Positions 10,027 through 21,034 of a stretch of DNA of 64,000 nucleotides are shown here, piece after piece (position 1 is the first letter of the stretch; each line of letters opens with the position of its first letter). Location: assembly GCA_965203355.1 (NCBI GenBank), contig OZ241889.1, positions 2,464,001-2,528,000 on the forward strand, read 5' to 3'. Under the pieces are notes generated by a model. The model made no database searches and was not told the DNA's origin. It worked only from the letters and a program-made list of their open reading frames with translations. A program made the position numbers and the translations under genes. This DNA comes from Candidatus Latescibacterota bacterium. GTDB lineage: Bacteria; Latescibacterota; UBA2968; UBA8231.

Positions 10027-10800
10027 TTGTCCATTCCTCGAACCGGCCCCTTCGCCCAAGTGCGTCATACCGTCGCCATTGCCAGTGCCAAGGGCGGCGT
10101 GGGCAAATCGACTGTAAGTATCAACTTGGCCGTGAGTCTGGCGGCCCAAGGGGCGCGTGTCGGCCTGCTTGACGCCGATATCTACGGCCCGAGCATTCCC
10201 TTGATGATGGGTATCAGGCAGCAGCCCGCAACCGGGCAGGAGGGCACTATGCGCCCGGTGTCCAAGGCTGGGGTCGCCCTGATGTCGATTGGTTTTATCG
10301 CCGGCGAGGATGCGCCCGTGGTCTGGCGGGGACCGCTCTTGGCCCGGGCGTTACAGCAGTTTTTGCATCAAGTAGAGTGGGGGGTGCTCGACTATTTATT
10401 GATCGATCTGCCGCCCGGCACCGGGGATGTGCCGCTTACCTTGAGCCAAGCCGTGGCTCTTTCTGGTGCCTTGATCGTTACTACGCCCCAGAGCGTGGCA
10501 CTGGAGGATGTGGAGCGGGGTATTGCCATGTTTTCCAAGGTCGAGGTGGATGTCCTCGGGATAGTCGAAAACATGAGCTATTACCTATGTAGCCAATGCG
10601 GCCAACGCCACGAGATTTTCGGATGTGGTGGCGGCCGCGCGGCCGCGGAGCGGTTGGGGCTGCCCTTCTTGGGAACACTCCCCCTGTCGGCTGCAATTCG
10701 CCAGAGCGGGGATGAAGGCCGGGCCGCGCCCGATCCCCTTTTCGACGCCATTGGCGAAGGGCTAGTGGCCGAGTTGCGCCGCTTGGAGGCCAGTGAGTAA
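10027..10800 (+). CDS. mrp: Mrp/NBP35 (ApbC) Fe-S carrier ATPase
   Basis: KGGVGKST, DADIYGPS, DLPPGTGD, ENMS..C..C. Confidence 0.92.
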   Translation: MSIPRTGPFAQVRHTVAIASAKGGVGKSTVSINLAVSLAAQGARVGLLDADIYGPSIPLMMGIRQQPATGQEGTMRPVSKAGVALMSIGFIAGEDAPVVWRGPLLARALQQFLHQVEWGVLDYLLIDLPPGTGDVPLTLSQAVALSGALIVTTPQSVALEDVERGIAMFSKVEVDVLGIVENMSYYLCSQCGQRHEIFGCGGGRAAAERLGLPFLGTLPLSAAIRQSGDEGRAAPDPLFDAIGEGLVAELRRLEASE

Positions 10801-11680
10801 GCGGGCTTGGCACTGCTTGCGGCTAGCGGTGCCGGCGGTCTGCGCCCAGGACGTGAGCGCATGGGCGTACGAGTTGGGTAGCTGCGGCCTGCAGGTTGAG
10901 GAAGCCGGGGAGTGGACGCAGTTGAGCGCGTACTTTGCTGCCGAGCCAGCGTGCGATTTGGCTGGAGTGCGGCGCGAACTGACGCATAGGCTCGCCGGGC
11001 GCGGCTTGGCAGCGCCGATCGGCACCGAATGCGTGGAGGAACAGGATTGGGAGGTTGCGTGGCGGCGATTCTTTGCGCCGGTGTGGGCCACCGAGCGGAT
11101 CGTCGTCCACCCTTTGTGGATTCCGGTCGAGCTAACCGAAGGCCAAATCGCCGTGCGCATAGACCCCAAAATGGCCTTTGGCACGGGAGGGCACGAATCG
11201 ACCCAGCTTTGCTTGCAGGCGTTGGAGCGTTGTCTACACCCTCGGATGCGCTGTCTGGACTTGGGGACGGGTAGCGGCATTCTCAGCATTGCCGCCGCAT
11301 TGCTGGGGGCTGGCCCGGTGCTCGCCGTGGACATCGACGAGCAGGCCGTGGCCAATGCGCGGGAAAACTTGGCTAACAACCGCATTGGCTCTGAGCAGGT
11401 AGAGGTGCGGTTGGGGGGCGTGGAGGCCGTCGCTGTCGCGGAAAGGCCCTTTGACTTGGTCTTGGCCAACATCCAAAGCCATGTGCTGCGACCCCTTTTG
11501 CCCCCTTTGCGCGGCTTGTTGGCCGCAGATGGATGGATCGCGTTTTCGGGTTTGCTAGCGCGGGAAGAAACAGCGTTTTGCCGCTGGGTCACAGAAGCTC
11601 AATTAGAGGTCGATACAGTTTTGGCAAAAGAGGCGTGGATCTGCGTGGTAGCGCGAAACAGTGGAGGTCAACTTGACTAG
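10793..11680 (+). CDS. prmA: Ribosomal protein L11 methyltransferase
   Basis: [29 protein letters not shown]. Confidence 0.93.
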   Translation: MSKRAWHCLRLAVPAVCAQDVSAWAYELGSCGLQVEEAGEWTQLSAYFAAEPACDLAGVRRELTHRLAGRGLAAPIGTECVEEQDWEVAWRRFFAPVWATERIVVHPLWIPVELTEGQIAVRIDPKMAFGTGGHESTQLCLQALERCLHPRMRCLDLGTGSGILSIAAALLGAGPVLAVDIDEQAVANARENLANNRIGSEQVEVRLGGVEAVAVAERPFDLVLANIQSHVLRPLLPPLRGLLAADGWIAFSGLLAREETAFCRWVTEAQLEVDTVLAKEAWICVVARNSGGQLD

Positions 11681-12125
11681 CATCCTAGTCCTACACGGCC
11701 CCAATCTCAACTTGCTGGGAACGCGCGAGCCCGAGGTATATGGTCGGGAGACTTTGGCCGAGATCGACGCGTTGATCGCCGACCACGCGCAGCGATTCGG
11801 GGTGCAGGTGCGCTGCCGCCAATCCAATAGCGAGGGTGCGCTAATCGACGCTCTGCAGCAAGCCCCAGAACGCGGCTTGTTGTTCAATCCAGGGGCCTTT
11901 ACCCACTATAGCCTTGCCCTGCGCGATGCCGTAGCGGCCAAGGGGTTGCCGACGGTCGAGGTGCATCTGTCCAATGTCCACGCACGGGAACCGTTTCGCC
12001 AGCACTCGGTTATCGCGCCGGTCTGCCTCGGGCAAATCGCTGGGTTTGGCCGTTTCAGCTACGTGCTCGGGCTAGAAGCTTTGGTGCATCACCTGAGGGG
12101 TGCGGAAGGTGCTCAGAACGAATAG
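11673..12125 (+). CDS. aroQ: Type II 3-dehydroquinate dehydratase
   Basis: [44 protein letters not shown] start after GGAGG. Confidence 0.95.
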   Translation: MTSILVLHGPNLNLLGTREPEVYGRETLAEIDALIADHAQRFGVQVRCRQSNSEGALIDALQQAPERGLLFNPGAFTHYSLALRDAVAAKGLPTVEVHLSNVHAREPFRQHSVIAPVCLGQIAGFGRFSYVLGLEALVHHLRGAEGAQNE

Positions 12126-12697
12126 ACGTAGGATACGCCAACGCGCGGCGTGCCGTCGTGGAAACTGAGCTCGGGAAAGATGCGGCGGGTGGTTTTGCGC
12201 GGGATCAGGGCCACCCCGAAGCTACCGGCGGCGAGCACCGCGGTGGACCAGCCATAGAGGCGGGCGCGATCGGCTTTGTCGTCGAGTTTTTGGGCGCGGG
12301 AGAGCTGGCCGTATTCGCGATTGAGGGTCGCTTCGGCTTCGTTGTCGGAAGCCCGGTCGAATTGCAGCCAAGAGAGCAGGCCGAAGGCCAGAGCGCCGCC
12401 AAGGAAACTGATGTAGGGAAACTCGGTCACCGAGACCGTCTGGGCCCCTCCACCCAGCGACTCGAGGGTGATGATCTTGTCGATTTCGGTCTTGTCAAAA
12501 GTGAAGATCTGGTCGTTGACGCGCATGATGACCAGATCTTGGTCTTTTTCGAGTAGATTGCCTTCCACCAAGCTGCCATCGGCCAGATAGAGGCGAGTAT
12601 CTGCCCCAGCGATAGGGGTCGGTTCCGTCTCGGCGCGGGCCATGACGGGTTGTAAAACGAGGCACAAGCAGATAACTAACGCCGTGTAGCACTTCAT
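12113..12697 (-). CDS. Hypothetical exported/membrane protein
   Basis: Signal peptide (ARA|E), [11 protein letters not shown] beta domain, two hydrophobic segments, terminal Phe. AAGGAG RBS. Confidence 0.7.
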   Translation of the reverse strand: MKCYTALVICLCLVLQPVMARAETEPTPIAGADTRLYLADGSLVEGNLLEKDQDLVIMRVNDQIFTFDKTEIDKIITLESLGGGAQTVSVTEFPYISFLGGALAFGLLSWLQFDRASDNEAEATLNREYGQLSRAQKLDDKADRARLYGWSTAVLAAGSFGVALIPRKTTRRIFPELSFHDGTPRVGVSYVYSF

Positions 12698-12750
12698 GGT
12701 AAGGCTCCTTTGGGTCGCTTTTCGCAGATATTATACAAGGTCGATACTTA

Positions 12751-14097
12751 ATGTCAATAGATGAGACGGTTGCCGACATGAGCCGTTCCGGCGAGTGTGC
12801 GGCCGCCGCCGAACTCGCCGAAATGACGATCGCCCAGATACGCGCACGGGTAGCGGAGTGGAAAAGCGGCGATCCGGGTTGGGCCGTGCTCGAAAAGGAT
12901 CGCCGCGTTGGCGTCCGGCGCTTGGTAGTTGAGCGGCGGCGGCGCGATGCGCGGGCGCAGGCGGAGTCCCAGCGCCGGGAGCGACTTTTGCAATTTGAAC
13001 GGCCCCTTTGGGCGCAGGGGGTGCGCCGGGTAGCTGGTGTCGACGAGGCGGGGCGCGGTTGCTTGGCCGGGCCTGTGGTGGCCGCGGCGGTCGTCTTGTC
13101 GCCGGACGGCGTCATCGCCGAGGTCGATGATTCCAAGAAACTGTCGCGCACCCAGCGCGAGGTGCTGTACGAGGAGATCGCGGCCAAGGCCATAGCTGTG
13201 GGGATAGGACAAGTCGAAGCGGCGGAGATCGACCGCTTGAACATTCTACAGGCCTCGCTCAAGGCCATGCGTTTGGCACTGGAGAATTTGCCCACTTCGC
13301 CCGACCGGGTGCTGATTGATGGACACCTGCCGGCGCGCAGTTCCTACCCCGAGCAAGCCATCGTCGACGGAGACGCGCGCTCGCTGTCGATTGCCGCCGC
13401 CTCGATCGTGGCCAAAGTACACCGCGACCGCCTGATGTGCGAATGCGATAGCCACTATCCCGAATACGGGTTTGCCGCACACAAGGGCTACGGCAGTGCC
13501 GCGCACTTAGCCGCACTTGACGCGCATGGCCCTTGCCCACTGCATCGTCGCAGTTTCAGCCCGGTGGCCGCGCGGATTGCCGCGCCGCGCTCGGAGCTTT
13601 TTCGCTCTTTTGCGGAGGGCCTATGCGACTGCGCCAACCTCGCCGAGTTAGAGCGGTTGGGGCAGTTAGTCAAAGAGGTCGCCGACGAGTTGGTCGCCGA
13701 TGAACTCGCGGCCTTGAGAGCGGCGTATCGGGCGCAGCGCGATAGGTTGGGGGATATTGGGCGGCGGGGCGAGGCCGCGGCCGCGGCGTATTTGGAGGAA
13801 CGAGGTTATCGAATTCAGCAGCGTCGATATCGCGCGGCTGGAGGTGAAATCGACTTGGTGGCCGAAGACCGGGACGAGTTGGTTTTTGTCGAGGTAAAGA
13901 CCAGCCAGCGCACGTCTCGCCCTGAACAAAGGGTGGATCGCGCCAAGCGGCAGCGTCTGACGCAGGCTGCCCAGCACTATGTCCAATACTACACCGCAGC
14001 CGATCCGGTCTGCCGCTTCGACGTGATCGCCGTGTGGCTGGGCGCAACCGGCGCAGAAATCGAGCATTGGCCGGACGCATTCAAGCCTTTCGATTAA
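12751..14097 (+). CDS. rnhB: Ribonuclease HII fused to a YraN (UPF0102) domain
   Basis: AGVDEAGRGCLAGPV, DDSKKL, IAAASIVAKVHRD, HKGYG; then GRRGE..AAAYL, GEIDLVA, FVEVKT, CRFDVIAV. Start uncertain (12751/12778/12823). Confidence 0.9.
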   Translation: MSIDETVADMSRSGECAAAAELAEMTIAQIRARVAEWKSGDPGWAVLEKDRRVGVRRLVVERRRRDARAQAESQRRERLLQFERPLWAQGVRRVAGVDEAGRGCLAGPVVAAAVVLSPDGVIAEVDDSKKLSRTQREVLYEEIAAKAIAVGIGQVEAAEIDRLNILQASLKAMRLALENLPTSPDRVLIDGHLPARSSYPEQAIVDGDARSLSIAAASIVAKVHRDRLMCECDSHYPEYGFAAHKGYGSAAHLAALDAHGPCPLHRRSFSPVAARIAAPRSELFRSFAEGLCDCANLAELERLGQLVKEVADELVADELAALRAAYRAQRDRLGDIGRRGEAAAAAYLEERGYRIQQRRYRAAGGEIDLVAEDRDELVFVEVKTSQRTSRPEQRVDRAKRQRLTQAAQHYVQYYTAADPVCRFDVIAVWLGATGAEIEHWPDAFKPFD

Positions 14098-15392
14098 GCC
14101 GCTAATTCGCTATAGACGATCTGGCCGCCGACGATGGTGGCTACGGCTTTGCCCTTTAGGTGATAACCGGCAAAGGGGGTGTTCTGCGATTTGGAGCGGA
14201 AGTGCGCGGGGACGACCTCCCATTCGCGCGTCAGGTCGAGCAGGGTTAGATCCCCAGGCATCCCCGGTGTGAGTGCGCCGCCGGGCAGTCGCAAGATGCG
14301 TGCCGGATGGCAGGTCCAGCATGCGATGGCTTCTTGCAGGGACAAAGCGCGATCCACCAAGTAGGTCAAGGTGAGGCCGACGGCTGTCTCTAGACCGACA
14401 ATGCCCATGGGAGCTTGGGTTAGGGATTGGGCTTTTTCCGCGGCCGTATGCGGCGCGTGGTCGGTCGCAATGACCTCTATGGTGCCGTCGGCTAGCCCCG
14501 CGAGCATGGCCTCGACATCGGCGAGTGTGCGCAGCGGCGGGCTCATCTTGGCGGCCGTGCCGTAGTGCTCGACCTCGCGGTCGGTCAGGACGAAGTGATG
14601 GGGCAGCACCTCGCAAGTAACGGGTAGGCCGTCGGCTTTGGCTTGCCGGACCAATTGCGCGGTGCCCGCTGTGCTGATATGGGCGATGTGCAAAGGGCCG
14701 CCGGTCTGGCGGACGAGGTCTATATCGCGGGCGACCATCTCCTCCTCACCGGCGGCGGGCATCCCCTTGACGCCGAGGCGTGCGGCCACTTCTCCGGCGT
14801 GCATACAGCCGCCGGCCGTAATCGACTTGACCTCTTCGTGTGGGAAGATGGGCCGGTCGAGATCGCGGGCAATTTCGAGAGCACGCCGCATCAGGGCCTC
14901 GTCTTCGACCGGGTCGCCGTCGTCGGAAAAGGCCACCGCGCCCAAGTCGGCCAACTCCGCGAGCGGGGCGAGCTCACCGCGCCCTTGGCGCCCCACTGTT
15001 ACACAGGCGATTGGATAGTAGCGCACGGCGGCGGTCTGCGCGCGCTCCAACATTAACTGCAAGTGATCGCGGCGGTCTGGGGGAGGATTGGTATTGGGCA
15101 TGGCCGCCACTGCACAGATGCCACCAGCGGCGGCCGCGGCCGTGCCGCTCTGAATGGTCTCCTTGTGTTCGTAGCCTGGTTCGCGAAGATGAGTGTGGAT
15201 GTCGATAAAACCCGGAGCAACGACCAAGCCGGTCGCCCTGAGGACCGGTACGTCGGGAGGCGTCGGGAGGATCGGGGCCGATTCGACTATTTTTCCTCGG
15301 CGAATGAGGATGTCCCCTAGGGCATCGGTGCCGTTGGCCGGATCGATGAGGCGTCCTTGGCGGACGAGCAAGTCGGCAGAAAATTTAGACAT
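14094..15392 (-). CDS. pyrC: Dihydroorotase
   Basis: DIHTHLREPG, MPNTNP, HIAHIST, IATDHAPH, SKSQNTPF. Confidence 0.93.
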   Translation of the reverse strand: MSKFSADLLVRQGRLIDPANGTDALGDILIRRGKIVESAPILPTPPDVPVLRATGLVVAPGFIDIHTHLREPGYEHKETIQSGTAAAAAGGICAVAAMPNTNPPPDRRDHLQLMLERAQTAAVRYYPIACVTVGRQGRGELAPLAELADLGAVAFSDDGDPVEDEALMRRALEIARDLDRPIFPHEEVKSITAGGCMHAGEVAARLGVKGMPAAGEEEMVARDIDLVRQTGGPLHIAHISTAGTAQLVRQAKADGLPVTCEVLPHHFVLTDREVEHYGTAAKMSPPLRTLADVEAMLAGLADGTIEVIATDHAPHTAAEKAQSLTQAPMGIVGLETAVGLTLTYLVDRALSLQEAIACWTCHPARILRLPGGALTPGMPGDLTLLDLTREWEVVPAHFRSKSQNTPFAGYHLKGKAVATIVGGQIVYSELAA

Positions 15393-17094
15393 GGGAGAAG
15401 GCGACGAGTGGGGCGAGCCAGTCGATGGCTTCCTCTATAGTCAACGGGTCGCCGTTTAGGGCTAGGCCTCGTTGTCGCAGGTGGCGTGCCAACTGGACGG
15501 CCTGTGGTGCCGCGAGCCCGCTGATAGACTCGAATTGTGGATGGGCGAGAACGGCGCGCGCCATCCCTTGTAGTTCGATGCGTCCTTGGCGCAGAACTAC
15601 TACGTGGGTAGCTAGGCGTCCGATTAGTTCCATATCGTGGCTGATCAGCACGAGAGTGCGGCCTTGCTTGCTTAGCTCGGCGCAGAGTTGGCACAAGTTG
15701 GCCGCTGTCTGGGGATCGAGGCCGGCGGTTGGTTCGTCGAACACTAAGACCTCTGGGTCCATGGCGAGGACGCCAGCGAGCGCGACGCGACGCCTTTCGC
15801 CGCCGCTCAATGAGAGGGGCTGGCGCGGCCCGAATTCTGCCAGCGGCATATCGACCAAGGCGAGCGCACGAGCCACGAGGCCATGGACGCGCTCGTCCGC
15901 CAAGCCGAGGTTGCGCGGCCCAAAGGCCACATCCTCGGCCACGGTTTCGGCGAAGAGCTGGAGTTCGGGAAACTGGAAGGCCAAGCCGACGCGCTGGCGG
16001 ACGCGCGCCGGGGGCTGGGAGTTGATGTCGCAGTCGTCGAGGAATACGCGACCGCACGAGGGTTTGAGCAGGGCATTGAAGTGCTGGGCGAGGGTGGTCT
16101 TGCCCGCGCCATTGGTGCCCACGAGGGCTAGGACAGAGCCGGTGGGGACGCCCATAGTGATGTCGCGAATCCCGCGTCGCTGGGTGGGTAGATGCTCGTC
16201 GTAAAGGTGCGTCAGTTCTTCGGTCGCTAGTTTGCTCGGGGTGGGCGGCAGCGGAGTGGGCGGAGTCCAAGGGGGCAGGGATGTCTGGGGTTTTAACGTG
16301 GTCAGCACATCGGACAAGGTGGCTAGCTCCAAGGGGATCTTGGCCAGCGACAAGTGAGCGGCGAGGGCACTTGCAAAGGGCCGGCCGAGGCCGAGATCCC
16401 GCAGCTTGAGCGGGTCGTCGGCAAAGAGGGTGGCAGGTGAACTGTCCGCATGGACCCGACCTGCGTGGAGGACGATGACGCGGTCGGCGCGCGCGGCTTC
16501 TTCCGGGGATTGGGTGATGAGTATGGTCGCGATGTCGTAGGCCGAGCGCAGTCGCTGAAGCAACTCGGCCACTTGCTGTCTTTCGCCGGGGTCGAGCAGG
16601 GCGGTCGATTCGTCCAAGACGAGATAGCGCGGTCGCATGGCCACTATTGCGGCAATAGCCACGCGCTGCTTCTCGCCGCCAGAGAGCTTGTGGGGAGGAT
16701 AGCGGCGATAGGCTTCGAGGCCGAAAGCGGCGAGTATTTCTTCGACGCGGCGGTGAATTTCATCGCTGGCTAGGGCTAAATTTTCTAGACCAAAGGCCAA
16801 TTCGTCGGCGACCGTGGTGGCAACTAGCTGATCGTCTGGATTTTGCAAGACCATGCCGACTCGCTGGCGGATGGTGCGGAGTTGGGTCGGGTCGCTGGCG
16901 TCCATGCCATCGACGAGGACCCGGCCTGTTTGAGGCTGTAGGAGTCCGTTTAGGCAGTGCGCGAGGGTGGTTTTGCCCGAACCGTTGGCCCCGATGAGGG
17001 CGATGTCCTCCCGAGGGCTGATGTGGAGATCAATGGAGCGCAAAGCGGCTAGGCCTCGGCGATAGCTAAGGCTGAGTTTTTCGACGCGGATCAT
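15385..17094 (-). CDS. ECF transporter ATPase (fused EcfA1-EcfA2)
   Basis: Two ABC domains (GANGSGKT/LSGGE and GTNGAGKT/LSGGE) with the ECF-type Q-helices QNPDDQ and QFPELQLF. Confidence 0.88.
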   Translation of the reverse strand: MIRVEKLSLSYRRGLAALRSIDLHISPREDIALIGANGSGKTTLAHCLNGLLQPQTGRVLVDGMDASDPTQLRTIRQRVGMVLQNPDDQLVATTVADELAFGLENLALASDEIHRRVEEILAAFGLEAYRRYPPHKLSGGEKQRVAIAAIVAMRPRYLVLDESTALLDPGERQQVAELLQRLRSAYDIATILITQSPEEAARADRVIVLHAGRVHADSSPATLFADDPLKLRDLGLGRPFASALAAHLSLAKIPLELATLSDVLTTLKPQTSLPPWTPPTPLPPTPSKLATEELTHLYDEHLPTQRRGIRDITMGVPTGSVLALVGTNGAGKTTLAQHFNALLKPSCGRVFLDDCDINSQPPARVRQRVGLAFQFPELQLFAETVAEDVAFGPRNLGLADERVHGLVARALALVDMPLAEFGPRQPLSLSGGERRRVALAGVLAMDPEVLVFDEPTAGLDPQTAANLCQLCAELSKQGRTLVLISHDMELIGRLATHVVVLRQGRIELQGMARAVLAHPQFESISGLAAPQAVQLARHLRQRGLALNGDPLTIEEAIDWLAPLVAFSHV

Positions 17095-17251
17095 AGGGCG
17101 GCAGCATACGGTAAAAGAATTTTGCCGTCAAGCCGTTAAGTTGACAGTCAGAAGTGGAGATTGTTTATTCAAATTCAAGGGTTTACGAAAATTAGGAGCG
17201 CTGCCAATCGCGGGCGCTCGCAACGTGCTTTGGGTGAGAATTATGGCTTTT

Positions 17252-18085
17252 ATGAGCAAGATACTGTGTCGGTGGATTTGGGTGCTCGCTATTGGAGTCG
17301 CCGGGTGCAGCGAATCGGACGGAGAACTCCAGATCGTCGGTCCCGATCTACCCGAAGGGCCGGGTCGCGTTTATCCCATTGCAGCCGTTAGCTTCACGTC
17401 CAACGACAGTGTCGAAGTGAAGGCACTTTTTGGCGCGGCCGAGGACGGCCAATCGCTGCCAGTGGTGATCCTCCTACACGATCTGGGCGGCAACAAATCC
17501 GACTGGTTGAACAACACCGGCACGTACGTGGCCTTGCTCGAGCGCGGCTACGCCGTCTTGGCCATCGACATGCGCGGACACGGCGAGACGCCACTACCCG
17601 AGGGCCGAGAGACCTTGGAATTAAGCGATTTGGAACGGAGCTTTCTCGATGTCCACGCTGCGCTAATCTGGCTGCAGAGTCAGTCCAAGATCGATATCAG
17701 CCGCATCGCGGTCGTGGGCAGTGGCGCGGGGGGCAATATAGCCTACGTGTCTTCAGGTGTTTTCCCCGAGCTCATAAAAACCGGCGTCTCCCTCTCGCCT
17801 GGGCTGTGGGCGGCCACCTCGCTGGAGCCGCTGGTCATCGGGACCGGCCTTGAATCGTTTGGGCCGCGGTCCGTACTCTTTATGGTAGGCGATCAGGACC
17901 AAATTGCCGTGAGCGAGGACCGCATCCTTAGCTATAAAGATTTCGCTTCTCTCCTAGAGGAAAAAACGGCCGAGCCGAAGGATTTGCGCGTTTTTACAGA
18001 CTCGGCTGACCACGGCTATGCCTTGCTCGACAATGTGGCCGAGGCGCAGGATATGTTCTTCCTCTGGTTGGAGGAAAACCTCTAA
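17252..18085 (+). CDS. Alpha/beta-hydrolase-fold lipoprotein
   Basis: VAGC lipobox, LLHDLGG, AIDMRGHGE, VGSGAGG elbow, HG. Start uncertain (17243/17252). Confidence 0.75.
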   Translation: MSKILCRWIWVLAIGVAGCSESDGELQIVGPDLPEGPGRVYPIAAVSFTSNDSVEVKALFGAAEDGQSLPVVILLHDLGGNKSDWLNNTGTYVALLERGYAVLAIDMRGHGETPLPEGRETLELSDLERSFLDVHAALIWLQSQSKIDISRIAVVGSGAGGNIAYVSSGVFPELIKTGVSLSPGLWAATSLEPLVIGTGLESFGPRSVLFMVGDQDQIAVSEDRILSYKDFASLLEEKTAEPKDLRVFTDSADHGYALLDNVAEAQDMFFLWLEENL

Positions 18086-18112
18086 ACAGCACGTTACCCG
18101 CGGTGCTAGCCC

Positions 18113-18820
18113 ATGTACTCGCCGCCTGCCATTGCCGTCGTCATTCCCGCCTGCGACGAAGAAGAAGCCATCGGCAAGGTGCTGCAAGACATACCCGATA
18201 TCGCACAGCAGATTATCGTCGTCGATAATGGTTCGGCCGACCGCACCGCCGAGGTGGCCCGCCGCTTGGGTGTCTGCGTCGTCGTCGAGCCGCGCCGGGG
18301 CTATGGCCAGGCCTGTCTCGCGGGCATGGCCCATCTCGACAGCCCGGATATCGTCGTCTTTCTCGACGGCGATTACAGCGATTACCCCGAGGACATGCGA
18401 GATATAGTAAAACCGATCCTGGCAGACGATGCCGATATGGTCATTGGTTCTCGGGTCTTGGGCGAGCGAGAAAAGGGGGCTCTTTTGCCGCAGGCTCGCT
18501 TTGGCAACGGGTTGGCGACCTTCTTAATCCGTCTGTTGTTTGGCGTTACTTTTACGGATTTGGGGCCTTTTCGCGCATTGCGCTACGACGCGCTCATGCG
18601 GCTAGAAATGCAGGATCGCAACTTTGGTTGGACCGCGGAGATGCAAGTCAAAGCCGCTCGGTTGGGGCTGCGTGTGGTCGAAGTGCCGGTGCGCTATCGC
18701 CGCCGCATTGGCGGTTCCAAAATCACCGGTACGCTCAGCGGTACGCTACGGGCCGGATACAAAATTCTCTGGACCATTTTCCGCTATGTGCGATGGCGTC
18801 CTAGGCCGTCTCGGGGATAG
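18113..18820 (+). CDS. Glycosyltransferase family 2
   Basis: VVIPACDEE, VVDNGSADRT, FLDGD, DLGPFRA. Confidence 0.9.
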   Translation: MYSPPAIAVVIPACDEEEAIGKVLQDIPDIAQQIIVVDNGSADRTAEVARRLGVCVVVEPRRGYGQACLAGMAHLDSPDIVVFLDGDYSDYPEDMRDIVKPILADDADMVIGSRVLGEREKGALLPQARFGNGLATFLIRLLFGVTFTDLGPFRALRYDALMRLEMQDRNFGWTAEMQVKAARLGLRVVEVPVRYRRRIGGSKITGTLSGTLRAGYKILWTIFRYVRWRPRPSRG

Positions 18821-18834
18821 GTTGATACCGCTCG

Positions 18835-19863
18835 ATGCGCTTGGTGGACTACGACTTTGACCTGCCCGATGCCCTGATCGCGCAACGCCCAACGCCCGAG
18901 CGCGACCAAGCGCGTCTGTTGCTCTTGAACCGGGCGGATGGCTCGTTGCAGCACCTACACTTTGGGGCTATCGTCGATCAGCTCGCGCCTGGCGACGCCT
19001 TAGTATTGAACCAAACACAGGTCGTGCCAGCCCGGCTCAAGGGGCGTAAGGTTGCTACTGGAGGCCGGGTTGAGCTGCTGCTGCTCAGGCCGCTGACAGC
19101 GGGCGATTGGCTAGCGATGGGGCGGCCTGGGCGGGGCCTAAAACCCAAGACGCGGTTGGAGTTTGGCGACGGAGCGGTACAAGCGGACATCGTCGAGCAG
19201 GTTGCGCCGGGGCGGTTTCGCGTGCGCTTTGCCGTCGAAAATGTGCTGGCGCGGCTGGAAGAGATCGGCGAAATACCGCTACCGCCCTATATTCGGCGGC
19301 CGGCCGAAGCCGCAGACCGGGAACGCTATCAGACTATCTATGCGGCGCGTCCGGGGGCTGTGGCCGCCCCCACGGCCGGCCTGCACTTTACCCCTCAGTT
19401 AATCGAGGAGATTGCTGCCGAGGGCGTGGCGGTCCTAAAGGTGCTTTTGCACGTGGGGCCGGGCACGTTCGAGCCGGTGCGCTGTGCTGACCCGCGCCAG
19501 CATGTACTCGAGCCTGAATACTGCGAGATCGACGAGTCGGTGGCGGCCGCGCTCAGGCGTTGTCGCGCGGGTGGTGGGCGCATCGTCGCCGTAGGTACCA
19601 CCGTGGTGCGGACTTTGGAGTCAAGCGTTGATGCGGAAGGCCAGGTGTGCGCCGGCCGAGGATTTGCCAATGCTTTTATCTACCCACCCTACGCATTCAA
19701 AGCGGTCGATGCGTTGGTGACCAACTTTCACCTGCCTCGCTCGAGCCTGTTGTTGCTCGTGGCGGCGTTTGTCGGGCGGAAACGGCTTTTGGCCGCCTAC
19801 CGCGAGGCCATAGAGCGGGGCTATCGCTTTTACAGCTATGGCGATGCCATGATGATTGTGTGA
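18835..19863 (+). CDS. queA: SAM:tRNA ribosyltransferase-isomerase
   Basis: PLPPYIRR, YQTIYA, AAPTAGLHF, TNFHLPRS, YRFYSYGDAM. Confidence 0.97.
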   Translation: MRLVDYDFDLPDALIAQRPTPERDQARLLLLNRADGSLQHLHFGAIVDQLAPGDALVLNQTQVVPARLKGRKVATGGRVELLLLRPLTAGDWLAMGRPGRGLKPKTRLEFGDGAVQADIVEQVAPGRFRVRFAVENVLARLEEIGEIPLPPYIRRPAEAADRERYQTIYAARPGAVAAPTAGLHFTPQLIEEIAAEGVAVLKVLLHVGPGTFEPVRCADPRQHVLEPEYCEIDESVAAALRRCRAGGGRIVAVGTTVVRTLESSVDAEGQVCAGRGFANAFIYPPYAFKAVDALVTNFHLPRSSLLLLVAAFVGRKRLLAAYREAIERGYRFYSYGDAMMIV

Positions 19864-19867
19864 AGCC

Positions 19868-21031
19868 GTGGAAAGCATAACCGCCATCATCCCGGCCGCC
19901 GGGCGGGGGCAGCGCATGGGAGCAGATCGGCCCAAACAGTACCTCCCGTTAGGGGGTCGACCCGTGCTCTGGCACGTACTCGCGCGGCTCGAAGATAGCC
20001 CGCTGGTGGCCGATATCGTCTTGGTCGTGCGGCGCGAGGACCTGGACTATTGCCGCCAACTGAGTAAAAGCGGGGGGTTTGCCAAAGTCGCCGCCCTCGT
20101 GCCCGGGGGGGCTGAGCGCAGCGCATCCGTGTATCGGGGCTTGCAGGAGACCCGCGCCGATATGGTTTTGGTACACGACGCCGTGCGGCCGTTTATTTCC
20201 GAGGGGCTGCTGGAGAGGGTGGTCGCCGCCACGCGCGAGCACGGAGCGGCACTGCCCGCTTTGCCGGTGGTAGAGACGATCAAGGAAGTGGCGGATGATC
20301 GGGTCGTCGGTACGTTGCACCGCGAGCGGCTGTGGCAGGCGCAGACCCCGCAGGGCTTTGACCGCCAGTTGCTGCTGAGGGCATACCACGCGGCTGGAAT
20401 CGACGCGATGGCTACCGACGATGCCGCGCTGGTTGAGCGACTGGGACACGCGGTCTGCGTCGTGCCCGGCGAAGCCGACAATCGCAAGCTCACCACGCCC
20501 GAGGATCTGGCTTGGGCTGAGTGGCGAGTTCGCGCCGGAGAGGAGATACCTGCTATGGGCTTGTGCATAGGACAGGGCTACGACGTGCATCGCTTGGTGG
20601 AAGGGCGACCCCTGATTTTGGGCGGAGTCGTCGTGCCCTTTGACCGGGGGTTGGCAGGCCACTCGGACGCGGATGTGCTGACTCATGCCATAATCGACGC
20701 GCTCTTGGGTGCCTTGGCGGCCGGCGATATCGGCCAGCTCTTCCCGGACTCGGACGCGCAATACAAAGACATATCGAGCTTGGTGCTGCTCGAGCAGGTC
20801 GGTGTCCTGATAGCGGAACGAGGGGCGCGCGTCCTGCACATTGACGCGGTCGTCGCAGTCCAGCAGCCCAAGCTCGCGCCGCACCTAGCGGCGATGCGCC
20901 AAACGCTAGCGGCGACCTTGGGCCTAGCGATGGGACAGGTTTCGCTCAAGGCCACCACGACCGAACACTTGGGATTCGTCGGGCGCGAGGAGGGCGTGGA
21001 GGCCCAAGCCGTGGCCCTTTTAGCCCGCTAA
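19868..21031 (+). CDS. ispDF: Bifunctional IspD/IspF
   Basis: AAGRGQRMG..PKQY, VHDAVRP, QTPQGF, TDDA; then GQGYDVH, GHSDADV, KATTTE. Confidence 0.95.
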   Translation: MESITAIIPAAGRGQRMGADRPKQYLPLGGRPVLWHVLARLEDSPLVADIVLVVRREDLDYCRQLSKSGGFAKVAALVPGGAERSASVYRGLQETRADMVLVHDAVRPFISEGLLERVVAATREHGAALPALPVVETIKEVADDRVVGTLHRERLWQAQTPQGFDRQLLLRAYHAAGIDAMATDDAALVERLGHAVCVVPGEADNRKLTTPEDLAWAEWRVRAGEEIPAMGLCIGQGYDVHRLVEGRPLILGGVVVPFDRGLAGHSDADVLTHAIIDALLGALAAGDIGQLFPDSDAQYKDISSLVLLEQVGVLIAERGARVLHIDAVVAVQQPKLAPHLAAMRQTLAATLGLAMGQVSLKATTTEHLGFVGREEGVEAQAVALLAR

Positions 21032-21034
21032 AGC

